From contig JANNVQ010000057.1 of assembly GCA_031414535.1 (NCBI GenBank), positions 64,001 through 128,000 on the forward strand: a stretch of DNA of 64,000 nucleotides, written 5' to 3'. The position numbers and the translations under genes were made by a program. The DNA is from Gemmatimonas sp. (GTDB lineage Bacteria > Gemmatimonadota > Gemmatimonadetes > Gemmatimonadales > Gemmatimonadaceae). The notes below the pieces were generated by a model that saw only the letters and a program-made list of their open reading frames with translations, did no database searches and had not been told where the DNA came from. Below are positions 46,845-56,904 of the stretch, piece by piece (the first letter of the stretch is position 1; each line of letters opens with the position of its first letter).

Positions 46845-48194
46845 TTGGCTCAAGGAGGCCAAACCCTGAGAACCGGGTGGCTTTGGTCTGCGTTGGACCA
46901 CCTGCCTCCGGTAATCCCACCACCCTCGCCTCTGCGTCCCGTGCCGCCAGCCCTCTCCGCTCCCGACACGCTGTTTGTACTCATCAGCACGGCGCTCGTC
47001 CTGCTGATGACCCCTGCCCTCGCGCTCTTTTATGGCGGCCTCGTGCGCGCCAAGAGCATCCTCAACACGATGATGATGTCCCTGGTCGCGGTCTCCGTCG
47101 TCGGACTGCTCTGGGCCGCGCTCGGCTATTCGCTCGCCTTCAGCGAGGGCATCACTGCCATCGGTGGCCTCGACTTTGTGGGGATGCGTGGCATCGGACT
47201 TGAGCCCCGGGACGCCACCGCCACCATTCCGCACCTGCTGTTCTTTGGATACCAGGGCACTTTCGCAATCATCACCGCGGCGCTGATTTCCGGCGCAATC
47301 GTAGAGCGCATGCGCTTTTCGGCCTACGTTGCCTTCCTCGCCGCGTGGACCCTGCTCGTTTATGCGCCCGTCGCGCACTGGGTGTGGGGTGGCGGATGGA
47401 TGCACAAGCTCGGCATTCTCGACTTCGCCGGCGGCACGGTGGTGCACATCACGGCCGGCGTTGCTGCCTGGATTGCTGCCGTGATGGTCGGCCCTCGTCG
47501 CGATCACGGACGCCGTGCCATGCTCCCGCACAATGTGCCCATGATGCTTACGGGCGCGGCGCTTCTTTGGTTTGGATGGTTTGGCTTCAACGGCGGCTCC
47601 GCGCTCGCGGTAAACGGTACGGCCGTCCAGGCGTCCATCAACACCATGCTCGCGCCGATGTCTGCGCTCGCCGTGTGGGTGTTCCTTGAGTACCGACGCA
47701 ACGGTCGCGCCACCGCGGTTGGTGCGGGCACCGCGCTCGTCGTGGGTTTGGTGGCCATCACGCCTGCCTGCGGCTTTGTGAGCCCGCTGTCGGCACTCGC
47801 TATCGGTGCACTCACGGCGATTCCTTGCCACTTCGTCATCCTCGCACGACCGCGCACCAAGCTGGACGATTCACTTGATGTGCTCGGCGCGCACGGCACC
47901 GGCGGCGCGGTGGGCGCGCTTCTGACGGGCGTTTTCTGCAGCACAGCTTGGGGAGGTCCCGCCGGGCTGCTGGAAGGAGAACCACGCCAACTTGCGCTGC
48001 AGCTGCTCGGCGTTGTGGCCGCCATCGCCTGGACCGCCCTCGCCACCTGGGGCATTCTGTCCGTCATTCGTCTCTTTACGCCGCTGCGCGTGGCCGCCCG
48101 CGATGAAGCCCTCGGCGTAGACGTCAGCGAGCATGGTGAAGAAGGCTACACGGACGGCGAAGGCGCCGTCCTCGTCCTGGAGACCACTCGATGA
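46845..48194 (+). CDS. amtB: Ammonium transporter (true start probably near 46940)
   Basis: LALFYGGLVR, DFAGGTVVH, WFGWFGFNGGS and DDSLDVLGAHG. Confidence 0.95.
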   Translation: MAQGGQTLRTGWLWSALDHLPPVIPPPSPLRPVPPALSAPDTLFVLISTALVLLMTPALALFYGGLVRAKSILNTMMMSLVAVSVVGLLWAALGYSLAFSEGITAIGGLDFVGMRGIGLEPRDATATIPHLLFFGYQGTFAIITAALISGAIVERMRFSAYVAFLAAWTLLVYAPVAHWVWGGGWMHKLGILDFAGGTVVHITAGVAAWIAAVMVGPRRDHGRRAMLPHNVPMMLTGAALLWFGWFGFNGGSALAVNGTAVQASINTMLAPMSALAVWVFLEYRRNGRATAVGAGTALVVGLVAITPACGFVSPLSALAIGALTAIPCHFVILARPRTKLDDSLDVLGAHGTGGAVGALLTGVFCSTAWGGPAGLLEGEPRQLALQLLGVVAAIAWTALATWGILSVIRLFTPLRVAARDEALGVDVSEHGEEGYTDGEGAVLVLETTR

Positions 48195-48556
48195 AACTCA
48201 TCGTCGCCGTCATCCGCCCCGAGAAGCTCTCCGAGGTGCTCGAGTCTCTGTACCGTGCCGATGTACGAGGACTCACCGTAAGTCACGCGCAAGGCCACGG
48301 TGGCGAGACTGAACCCGTAGAGACCTACCGCGGAATTACGGTTAAAATGGAGCTGCAGAAGAAGGTCCGCCTCGAGATTGGCGTCAGCGAAGCCTTCGTG
48401 CAGCGCACGATTGACGCCATCGTCGCGGGCGCCCGCACCGGCGACGTTGGTGACGGCAAGATCTTTGTGCTACCCGTTGAACGTATTGTCCGCATTCGCA
48501 CTGGCGAGGAAGACACGCAAGCAGTGACGCCGGTGCCTCAAGCGGAAGAACCCTAG
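48191..48556 (+). CDS. glnK: P-II nitrogen regulatory protein
   Basis: MKLIVAVIRPEKL, YRG T-loop and ARTGDVGDGKIFVLPV; coupled to amtB. Confidence 0.92.
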   Translation: MKLIVAVIRPEKLSEVLESLYRADVRGLTVSHAQGHGGETEPVETYRGITVKMELQKKVRLEIGVSEAFVQRTIDAIVAGARTGDVGDGKIFVLPVERIVRIRTGEEDTQAVTPVPQAEEP

Positions 48557-48570
48557 TCCTCGAAACTCCA

Positions 48571-50205
48571 TTGCAAAGATTCCTTGCTGCCGCGCTCACA
48601 GGACTAACGCTCCTCGGGTCGTCCGTGACGGCCCAGCAACGCTTGGCCGCGCCAATGACGCCAGCCGCGCTGCGTAGCCGTCTCGAGACATATACCGCGG
48701 ACTCCATGCGCGGTCGCCTCACCGGCAGCGAGGATCATCGCCGCGCCACACGCTACATCGCTGAGGAGTTGCGCCGCGCCGGACTGCGACCTGCGGGCGA
48801 TAACGGAAGCTTCCTGCAACGGGTCCCGCTCTTCGTCACAACCCTCGACACCGCGAACTCCGTACTTAGCGCGGCGGGTAGCACACTTCAGCCCTACCGC
48901 GATTACTTGCCACGCTATCAGGGTCCACGCAGCCGCTCCATGGATGGCGTAGCGCTCGTGTATGCCGGCATCTGGGGGTCAAGCACCCTCCTGCGCGGCA
49001 TTGATGTACGGGGCAAGGTTGTCCTCGTCAGCACACCAACGGAGAACGCATCGGTGGTGAAGGTGCAGGCCCAGAATCGTTTTGCGGAATCTGCAGGCAT
49101 CGTGCTCGCGAACTTTGAGTTGATGGAGCCCGCACTTCGCCAAGGACTCGCGAGCTCTCCGATGCAACTCGATGGCCCAGAGGCCACAGGCCAGGAGCTT
49201 CCAGCCTATGTGCACATCTCTCGGGCCACAGCTGCTCGCCTCTTGGGTCTCGGCAATCTCGACGATGCCCAACCGGGTCGAGAAGGAAGCGCACTCCGTG
49301 GTTCGCCCCGTTTCAAGAAGGTGAGCGTCGAGAGCTATAACGTCGTCGCCATCCTGCCCGGGAGCGATCCCAGGCTCCGTGATGAATACGTGGCCGTCGG
49401 TGCACACAGCGATCACGTTGGGACGAGTGATCCCGTGGATCGCGATTCCTTGCGGGCCTTCCAACTCGAACTGCGTCGCAAACAGCTCACCGCCTCTGGG
49501 AGCGCGCCGAGCATCGAAGCGTCCATTCGCGTGAATATGGATTCCATCCGTCGCGTACATCCGAAGCCGCGGCTCGATTCCATCTACAACGGCGCCGACG
49601 ACGATGGGTCGGGTTCGATGGCCGTCCTTGAACTCGCGCGCGCAATGGCTACAGAGCGCAATCGTCCCAAGCGCTCTATGCTCTTCGTGTGGCATACGGG
49701 CGAAGAACTCGGGCTCTTTGGCTCCGAATACTATACCGATAACCCCACCGTGCCTCGCGAGCAGATTGTCGCCCAAATCAACATCGACATGATTGGGCGC
49801 GGCGGGCGTGGTGAGGAAGTGAACGGCGGGCCCAACTATCTCCAGCTCATTGGTTCGCGCCGCCTCTCCACACAATTGGGCGACGTGGTGGAAGAAGTCA
49901 GCCGCTCCCGCCGCTACAACTGGGCCTTTGACTATCAGTACGACGCCATCGGCCATCCGGAGCAGTTCTACTGCCGCTCGGACCATTATTCGTACGCGCG
50001 CTACGGAATCCCGGTCGTTTTCATGACCACTGGCGGCCACGCTGACTATCATCAAGTGACAGACGAGGTGGAGTTCCTTGATTTCCGGAAGCTTTCTAGG
50101 GTGACCCACTTCGCCCACGACCTCGCCCGCGCCTTGGGCGATCGCCAAGAGCGCCCCCTCGTCGATAAGCCTCGCCCCAACCCCCGCGGCAACTGTGTGC
50201 AGTAA
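48571..50205 (+). CDS. M28 family aminopeptidase
   Basis: GAHSDH, NGADDDGSG, GEELGLFGS, NIDMIG, SDH and DYHQVTD. Confidence 0.92.
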   Translation: MQRFLAAALTGLTLLGSSVTAQQRLAAPMTPAALRSRLETYTADSMRGRLTGSEDHRRATRYIAEELRRAGLRPAGDNGSFLQRVPLFVTTLDTANSVLSAAGSTLQPYRDYLPRYQGPRSRSMDGVALVYAGIWGSSTLLRGIDVRGKVVLVSTPTENASVVKVQAQNRFAESAGIVLANFELMEPALRQGLASSPMQLDGPEATGQELPAYVHISRATAARLLGLGNLDDAQPGREGSALRGSPRFKKVSVESYNVVAILPGSDPRLRDEYVAVGAHSDHVGTSDPVDRDSLRAFQLELRRKQLTASGSAPSIEASIRVNMDSIRRVHPKPRLDSIYNGADDDGSGSMAVLELARAMATERNRPKRSMLFVWHTGEELGLFGSEYYTDNPTVPREQIVAQINIDMIGRGGRGEEVNGGPNYLQLIGSRRLSTQLGDVVEEVSRSRRYNWAFDYQYDAIGHPEQFYCRSDHYSYARYGIPVVFMTTGGHADYHQVTDEVEFLDFRKLSRVTHFAHDLARALGDRQERPLVDKPRPNPRGNCVQ

Positions 50206-50265
50206 GAAGTCGCCGTTCGAAGTTGCCGTTCGCCGTTGGCTTCCGTCATCCGTCTTCCGTCCCCT

Positions 50266-51618
50266 ATGCGTTCTCTTAAAATCGCCCTCGCACTGATCCT
50301 GCTTAACGGTTCAGTTCAAGCACAGAGCTCCCTCCGCGTCCCCGTCACCGTAGACACCCTCCCCAACGGGCTCACCCTCATCATCCACGAGGATCCCAGC
50401 GTGCCGGTTGTGACGACCAACGTCTGGTATCACGTCGGCTCGGGTGACGAGATGGTCGGGCGCACAGGATTCGCGCACCTCTTTGAGCACCTGATGTTCA
50501 TGGGCTCCAAGAACGCGCCCTATCCGCAGTTCGATCGCCTCCTCGAGGCCGCCGGTGCCAACAACAACGGCAGCACCACCACGGATCGTACCAATTACTA
50601 CGAGTCTGGTCCGGCCGCCGCCCTACCCCTCATGCTCTGGCTCGAGGCCGACCGACTCGGCTGGATGCTCGACGGGATGGACGAGCCAAAGGTGGACCTT
50701 CAACGCGACGTGGTGAAGAACGAGCGGAGGCAGAGCTACGAGAATCAGCCCTATGGCCTCTCGTATGAGAATCTCGTCTCCGCCATTTACCCGCGCGGAC
50801 ATCCCTACTCCTGGAGCACCATCGGTTCCATGGCGGATCTCTCCGCCGCCTCGCTCGAGGACGTGAAGAATTTCTTTCGCACCTATTACACACCTAACAA
50901 CGCCACCATCGTCGTCGCGGGTGCGGTGAATGCGGACTCCGTGCGCGCCCTCGCACGCCAGATGTTTGGTGAGATTCCCCGTGGTCCCGCCATCGAGCGC
51001 CCACGCCCCGCTCCCTTCACCCTCCGCGATACCACCATCGTGCTTGAGGACCGCGTGCAGTTGCCGCGCGTCTATCTCGCCTGGCACACCGTGGCCGAGT
51101 TCTCTGCGGACGACGCCGCCCTCGACGTAGCCGCCTACATCCTCGCTGGCGCGCGCAACTCTCGCCTCACACAAGCGCTCGTCTTTGAGCGCGAACTCGC
51201 CACCAACGCCAGCGCGTTCAACTCATCCAAGCGCCTTGATGGCGACTTCCAGATTGTCGCCACAGCGCGCCCAGGACACGGACTCGACACACTCACGCGC
51301 GTGATTGACGCCGAGTTGCGTCGCCTCGCGTCACAGCCACCCACAGCCCGCGAGCTTGAGCAGGCCAAGAACAGCATCGAGGCGTCCTTTCTCAATGGGC
51401 TCGAGTTTGTGAACGCCAAGGCGGATCGCCTCAACGCGTACTACTATGCTACCGGTACGCCCGACTACTTCCAGCAGGATCTCAATCGCTATCGGCGCGT
51501 CACCGCCGCTGATGTGCAGCGCGTCGTGCGTCAATATCTCCTCACGGGTCGCGTCACGCTTTCTGTCGTGCCGCAGGGCCGTACCAACCTCGCCGCCACC
51601 CCGAGGGTCACCCAGTGA
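50266..51618 (+). CDS. M16 family zinc protease (catalytic subunit)
   Basis: GFAHLFEHLMF (HxxEH) and NGSTTTDRTNYYE. Confidence 0.93.
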   Translation: MRSLKIALALILLNGSVQAQSSLRVPVTVDTLPNGLTLIIHEDPSVPVVTTNVWYHVGSGDEMVGRTGFAHLFEHLMFMGSKNAPYPQFDRLLEAAGANNNGSTTTDRTNYYESGPAAALPLMLWLEADRLGWMLDGMDEPKVDLQRDVVKNERRQSYENQPYGLSYENLVSAIYPRGHPYSWSTIGSMADLSAASLEDVKNFFRTYYTPNNATIVVAGAVNADSVRALARQMFGEIPRGPAIERPRPAPFTLRDTTIVLEDRVQLPRVYLAWHTVAEFSADDAALDVAAYILAGARNSRLTQALVFERELATNASAFNSSKRLDGDFQIVATARPGHGLDTLTRVIDAELRRLASQPPTARELEQAKNSIEASFLNGLEFVNAKADRLNAYYYATGTPDYFQQDLNRYRRVTAADVQRVVRQYLLTGRVTLSVVPQGRTNLAATPRVTQ

Positions 51619-53087
51619 TCCGCGCACATCTTGCACTCGCCGCGGTAGCCGTCCTCGCTGCCTCCTCGCTTACCGCGCAAGTCAGCGGGCAAGTCAGCAC
51701 GCAGATGTCGACGATTGATCGCAGCAAGGTTCCGGCGATGGCCGCCTCGCCCGCGCTTGTTGTCCCAGTGGTCCGTGGCGCTCGCCTCGAGAATGGCGCC
51801 GCACTCAAGGTGGTCGAGCATCGCGAACTCCCGCTCGTGCACATCACGCTGCAGTTCGCCGGCGGCGGACGCCTCGACAACGAGACGCCTGGTCTCGCCT
51901 CCTTCGTGGCCACGATGGTGCGCGAGGGCGCCGGCAATCGCAACGCCAGTGCCTTGCAGAGTGAGCTCGCCTTCTTGGGCGCCACCCTCGCTGCCAATGC
52001 CAACTGGGACAACACCACGCTCACGCTCCGTGTAGCCCGCCGCAATCTTGAGCCCGCGCTCGACTTAATGGCCGATGTCGTCTTGCGTCCCACCTTCGCC
52101 AGCGCCGATGTCCGGCGCCAGCGCGATCTGCGCCTCGCGTCCCTGCTGCTGCAGAAGGATCAGCCCCGCACGCTCGGCACGATGGCGTTCAATCAGGCGC
52201 TCTTCCCCGCCGGCCATCCGTATCGTCGCTCGCTCGGCGGTGATTCATCGTCCACCACGCGACTCGACTCCGCCATGGTGCGCGCGTTTCACGGAGGAGC
52301 CTACCGCCCCCTGCGCGCCACTTTCACCGTGGTCGGCGATATCAGCGAGACCGAAGCCCGCGCCATGCTGACGCGTCGCTTTGGGAATTGGCGTGTGAGC
52401 GGTGCGGAGCGGACACCTGCTCCCGTGCTGGTGGCGCCCACGCGAGTGACCGCGCGCCGAGTCCTTCTCGTTGACAAGCCTGGCGCTGCGCAGTCGGTCG
52501 TCATGATTGGCACCGCCGGCGTCGAGCGTACCACGCCGGATTACGCCGCCATCGAAGTGATGAACACCATTCTGGGCGGTTCCTTCTCCTCGCGACTCAA
52601 CAGCAATCTGCGCGAGACCAAGGGTTATACCTACGGCGCCAACTCCGGGTTTGAGTGGCGGCCGCTCCCCGGGCCCTTCGACGCAGGCGCGGACGTGCGC
52701 ACGAATGTCACGGACAGCTCGCTGGTAGAGTTCTTCAAGGAGATCAACGCCATTCGCGATACACCAGTGAGCGAAGCGGAGCTCGCACGCGCCAAGGCGT
52801 ATCTCGCGCTCAGCGTTCCGGGAGATCTTGAGTCCACTGCACAAATCGCCGCACAGATTACGGCGCTCTCGCTGTTTAATCTTCCGCTCAGCTGGTTGCA
52901 GGAATATGTCAGCGCCGTGAATGCCGTCACCGCGGCCGATGTGCAGCGCGTTGCCCGACGGTACTTGCCGGTCGAGGCAGCCACCATTGTTGTCGTCGGG
53001 GATCTCGCCACGATTCGCGCCGGTATCGAAGCGCTCAATCTCGGACCCGTCACCGTGCTTACGGTTGAGGAGCTCAGCAAGCCGTGA
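51615..53087 (+). CDS. M16 family protease, non-catalytic partner
   Basis: Lacks HxxEH; contains ILGGSFSSRLNSNLRETKGYTYG; GTGA-coupled to the catalytic subunit. Confidence 0.9.
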   Translation: MIRAHLALAAVAVLAASSLTAQVSGQVSTQMSTIDRSKVPAMAASPALVVPVVRGARLENGAALKVVEHRELPLVHITLQFAGGGRLDNETPGLASFVATMVREGAGNRNASALQSELAFLGATLAANANWDNTTLTLRVARRNLEPALDLMADVVLRPTFASADVRRQRDLRLASLLLQKDQPRTLGTMAFNQALFPAGHPYRRSLGGDSSSTTRLDSAMVRAFHGGAYRPLRATFTVVGDISETEARAMLTRRFGNWRVSGAERTPAPVLVAPTRVTARRVLLVDKPGAAQSVVMIGTAGVERTTPDYAAIEVMNTILGGSFSSRLNSNLRETKGYTYGANSGFEWRPLPGPFDAGADVRTNVTDSSLVEFFKEINAIRDTPVSEAELARAKAYLALSVPGDLESTAQIAAQITALSLFNLPLSWLQEYVSAVNAVTAADVQRVARRYLPVEAATIVVVGDLATIRAGIEALNLGPVTVLTVEELSKP

Positions 53088-53974
53088 GCGATCGAGCCAG
53101 ACTGCGCATCGCCTTTCAAGGTGAGCTGGGCTCGTTTTCCGACGAGGCCATCCAGCAACTCTACGGGGGCGATGTGCTGCGACTTCCGTACCGCGACTTC
53201 GCCGATGTCACCGCATCGGTAGCAGCCGGCGTTGCTGATCGTGGCGTGTTGCCAATCGAGAACACCATGGCCGGCTCAATTGCGGGTGCGCACGATGCAA
53301 TATCGGCCATGGATAACTTGCACGTCGTCGGCGAGACGGTCGTCGCCGTGCACCACTGCCTGCTCGCCGCGCCCAGCACCACCTTCGAGCAAATCACGAC
53401 CGTACTCTGTCATCCGGTGGCGCTCGCACAGTGCCAGAAGTTCTTCGCCGAGCATCCGCAGCTCGAGGTGCATCCGTCCTACGACACTGCCGGCGCGGCC
53501 ATGGATGTGTCGAAGGTTGCCGATCCCGCCTTTGCGGCCGTTGCGAGCCGGCGCGCGGCCCTGCACTACGATCTGCAGATACTCCGCTCGGACATTGAAG
53601 ATCGCGCGGACAATCAGACGCGCTTCCTCGCGCTCTCGCGCGCCCCGATGCCGCTTCCCGATGGCACGCCCGCCCGCACGATGTTCGTGGTCACCACCGG
53701 TGACGCGCCAGGTTCGCTGCTCAATGTGCTGACGCCACTTGCCACACATGGGGTCAGTATCCGGCGGCTTGAGTCTCGCCCCACCGGCGAGCCCTGGACC
53801 TATCGATTCTTTATTGAGTTCGACCACGGCGTGGGAGACAAACACGCCGACGCGGCTATCCACGAGATTGGGGCGCGCTCCGCCACCGCACGGCTCCTCG
53901 GCACATTCCCGCGCTGGGGCGCGGGCCGCCGCGGGTCTATCGGTTGGAGCTCTGGCGCCGTCTCACCGATTTGA
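53084..53974 (+). CDS. pheA: Prephenate dehydratase
   Basis: IAFQGELGSFS, PIENT, NQTRF and ACT-domain LESRP. Confidence 0.92.
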   Translation: MSDRARLRIAFQGELGSFSDEAIQQLYGGDVLRLPYRDFADVTASVAAGVADRGVLPIENTMAGSIAGAHDAISAMDNLHVVGETVVAVHHCLLAAPSTTFEQITTVLCHPVALAQCQKFFAEHPQLEVHPSYDTAGAAMDVSKVADPAFAAVASRRAALHYDLQILRSDIEDRADNQTRFLALSRAPMPLPDGTPARTMFVVTTGDAPGSLLNVLTPLATHGVSIRRLESRPTGEPWTYRFFIEFDHGVGDKHADAAIHEIGARSATARLLGTFPRWGAGRRGSIGWSSGAVSPI

Positions 53975-54361
53975 TTTCTTGTGCTCGACGCTGATGATGC
54001 TCTTCAGTCCACCGCGCACATTGAAGTCGCCCACCACCTTGATACTCCGTGGCTTCGCCTTCGCCACCAAGTCATCAATGATGCGGTTCACAACGCGCTC
54101 GTAGAAGATGCCATCGTTGCGAAAGCTCCAGAGGTAGAGCTTGAGGCTCTTGAGCTCGAGGCACACATCATCAGGCACGTAGGTGATGTTGATCGTCGCA
54201 AAATCCGGCGCCCCACCCTTGAGCAGCGCGAGCTCCGCCGCATCTGATTCGATGCCGCCTAGCGGGCACAGGGACGTGAATTCCGGCGTCGTCATGAAAA
54301 TTTCATAGTCCCGATCCGCATACGGATTGGGGAAGGTTTCCAACAGTTCAGGTTGTGGCAT
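53963..54361 (-). CDS. queF: NADPH-dependent preQ0 reductase (preQ1 synthase)
   Basis: PEFTSLCP, PDFA, ELKSLKLYL and FNVRGG. Confidence 0.92.
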   Translation of the reverse strand: MPQPELLETFPNPYADRDYEIFMTTPEFTSLCPLGGIESDAAELALLKGGAPDFATINITYVPDDVCLELKSLKLYLWSFRNDGIFYERVVNRIIDDLVAKAKPRSIKVVGDFNVRGGLKSIISVEHKKSNR

Positions 54362-54367
54362 CGGAGG

Positions 54368-55300
54368 TCAGGAGTCGCGCAAGCGGCGCGAGTGGTCGTC
54401 CAACAGGCGGCGTTCATCGGCACTCAGCGCCTCGAGCCCCTGCTGGGAAATCTTGTCGAGTATCGAATCTACGGTCAGCGGTATCTGCGGAGCGGCCGCC
54501 GTCTGCTGCTGCGCCGAAATCGGGCGCACTGGCGCGGCAGGACGACGCGTGGTCTCGGCATTGCTTCGGGCCACGAGATCATCAATCGTCTCACGCTGCG
54601 CACGCGAACGTGGCAAAGTCTTGGGCACCGCACGCGGAGGCTGATCGTCCGGCGGCTCATCGGGCATTGCCGACACACCATCGCGGAAGCGCTCCACGAG
54701 CATCACGCTCGTGGCCCGGGTAAACACCCACGCCGCGCCCAAGCCGCCGAGGTGCGCAAGGAAGGCCGTGCCGCCGCCTAGTGTCTCCTGCAACCCCGCA
54801 AGCAAAATCACAGCGCCGACGAATGCCGCCGCCCAACGTACGCGCACTGTAAAGCCACCGGTGAGAACCTGCTCTTCACTGCCCCAGCGCATGGCGTGCG
54901 CACCAATTACACCCAGCGCCACGCTCGCGGCACCAAGCAAAGGCGCGGTCCCGCCCACAAACAAGTGCACCATCCAGCCGCCGAGCGCTGCCAAGGCAGA
55001 GAATCCCATGAAGCGTCGGGGTCCCCACAGGCGCTCCAAGCGCGGGCCAAACACTAGCAAGGCATAACAAGTCACGAACAGCATCGTCGCGCTGGGCTGC
55101 ACGAGGACGTACGTCGCCACGCTCCACCAGCGCCCGGCATCAAGATCGCCGCGGTGAAACGCAAAGGCCTCAACGAGCACTTCTGGTTGCAGCACGGTCA
55201 AGCGCAGGAAATGCATCGCCGCCAACGCACACACCACGCCCAGCACCACCGATGAAATCAGCGGTGGGCGCGAAGAGCCGATGGCGCGCGACGAAATCAT
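54368..55300 (-). CDS. Rhomboid family intramembrane protease with C-terminal soluble domain
   Basis: FGPRLERLWG, LLGAAS, AFLAHLGG and C-terminal VDSILDKISQQGLEALS. Confidence 0.8.
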   Translation of the reverse strand: MISSRAIGSSRPPLISSVVLGVVCALAAMHFLRLTVLQPEVLVEAFAFHRGDLDAGRWWSVATYVLVQPSATMLFVTCYALLVFGPRLERLWGPRRFMGFSALAALGGWMVHLFVGGTAPLLGAASVALGVIGAHAMRWGSEEQVLTGGFTVRVRWAAAFVGAVILLAGLQETLGGGTAFLAHLGGLGAAWVFTRATSVMLVERFRDGVSAMPDEPPDDQPPRAVPKTLPRSRAQRETIDDLVARSNAETTRRPAAPVRPISAQQQTAAAPQIPLTVDSILDKISQQGLEALSADERRLLDDHSRRLRDS

Positions 55301-55304
55301 GGAG

Positions 55305-55964
55305 TCAGCGCAATCCCGTCGGTGGCGCAATCTTCATCGCCAGCCGCGCGTCAGCGTGCACAATCGTCGCCTGCTCCAGCAGATTGGCCCAGCGGCGGTC
55401 GAGCACATTGGGATTCTCACCGACGGGCGGATGAATCACCACCTGCGCAGCCGCGCTCGCGGTGTGCGCTTCTTGCACGAGGCGCAACAACATCGAGTCA
55501 GACGTGTCTTCGCGCGGGACGAGCACAAGCGCGTGCGGGACCTTGCCCACCGCCGCCGCCTGCAGAGAGGCGATGGCGTGGTCGAGTGCCGCTTCGCCGC
55601 CCGCGAAGTCCACCGTCACCTGCACCAGTGCGAGATGCCCCAGCAGGCTTGGCAACTGTTCCGGACGCATGCCGTCCGTATCGAGCATTACCGGAATCTT
55701 CGGCTGAGCGCCATCCAGTGCCGCCTTCAGAAAGTCCACGCTCCCCAAAGGATCACGACCACCGATGGCGATTGAATGGAATACCGAGCGCTGTGTCTGT
55801 CGCGTAATCTCCCGAATCAGCGCGGGCGTCATGTACATCGTCGCCGTCTCGGCTTCGCCAGCGAAGCGCACAAACAGCTGACGGCGTCCGGCCCACGGGC
55901 CCAATGCCTGCACCCCGGCCGGAACTCCGGATAGTGCGGCGGCCAACGGCATCCCTGCGGTCAT
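55305..55964 (-). CDS. QueE-like protein lacking the radical-SAM cysteine motif
   Basis: GPWAGRRQLFVRFAG, IGGRDPL and MLDTDG resemble QueE; the ORF contains no Cys. Confidence 0.55.
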   Translation of the reverse strand: MTAGMPLAAALSGVPAGVQALGPWAGRRQLFVRFAGEAETATMYMTPALIREITRQTQRSVFHSIAIGGRDPLGSVDFLKAALDGAQPKIPVMLDTDGMRPEQLPSLLGHLALVQVTVDFAGGEAALDHAIASLQAAAVGKVPHALVLVPREDTSDSMLLRLVQEAHTASAAAQVVIHPPVGENPNVLDRRWANLLEQATIVHADARLAMKIAPPTGLR

Positions 55965-55976
55965 GACCTGCCTCCC

Positions 55977-56903
55977 TTACTCGCGCACGGCGTCGAGCGC
56001 GATACGTTCACAAAGTTCCGGAAACCCAATACCCGCTGCTTGTGCCGCTTGTGGCACAAGGCTCGTTCCCGTCATTCCCGGAAGCGTGTTCGCTTCCAGG
56101 CAAAACATTCCACCCGTTGGATCAAGGCGAAAATCAATCCGCGCGCAGCCGCGCAATTTGAGCGCGTCGTACGCCAACATCGCCTGCGCCTGCATCGCGT
56201 CACGCACGCCGTCAGGGATATGCGCCGGAAAAATCTCCTCCGCCATCCCCGCCGTGTACTTACACTCGTAGTCGTAAATGTCGTGCTTGGGGATGATTTC
56301 GCCAACCGGCAGCGCCTGGCCCCCCAGCACCGCCACCGTCAGCTCGCGCCCAGGGACGAAGGACTCCAGCATGACTTCGTCATCATGCCGGAACGCCTCC
56401 TCGATTGCCGGCGCTAACGGCCCGGGCCTATCCACAATCGAGAGACCCACCGTAGACCCCTGCTTCGAGGGCTTCACCACCACCCGCTCCCCCAACGCCC
56501 GATACGTCTCCTCGGAGTATCCCGGCTCCCGCCACGGCGTTCCATCCCCGGCCCGCACCATCCGCCAGTCCGCGGTAGTCACGCCGGCCAGACGAAACAT
56601 CCGTTTGGACAGATCCTTATCCATCGCAAGGGCGCTTCCGAGCACACCACTGCCCGTGTACCGAACCTTGGCGAGGTCCAACATCGCCTGAATCGTCCCG
56701 TCTTCACCGGCGCCGCCGTGCAATGCGAGCCACACCACCTCCGCCGCCCTCGCCGCGCTCAAAATGGCGAACGGATCCGGATGCGGGTCAGCCTCCGTCA
56801 CCTGATGCCCGCGTTCCCGCAAGGCGGCGGCCACACGGCCGCCGCTGGACAGCGACACCTCGCGCTCCGAGGAGCTTCCACCAAGCAGGACAAGAATCCG
56901 CAC
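55977..56903 (-). CDS. ddl: D-alanine--D-alanine ligase
   Basis: GGSSSEREVSLSSG, ALHGGAGEDG, KPSKQGSTVG, YDYECKY and EANTLPGMT. Confidence 0.95.
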   Translation of the reverse strand: MRILVLLGGSSSEREVSLSSGGRVAAALRERGHQVTEADPHPDPFAILSAARAAEVVWLALHGGAGEDGTIQAMLDLAKVRYTGSGVLGSALAMDKDLSKRMFRLAGVTTADWRMVRAGDGTPWREPGYSEETYRALGERVVVKPSKQGSTVGLSIVDRPGPLAPAIEEAFRHDDEVMLESFVPGRELTVAVLGGQALPVGEIIPKHDIYDYECKYTAGMAEEIFPAHIPDGVRDAMQAQAMLAYDALKLRGCARIDFRLDPTGGMFCLEANTLPGMTGTSLVPQAAQAAGIGFPELCERIALDAVRE

Positions 56904-56904
56904 G

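Noticed and set aside
50206..50240. Short GCCGTT-type tandem repeat between the M28 and M16 genes
   Set aside because: Only three imperfect units and no supporting context.
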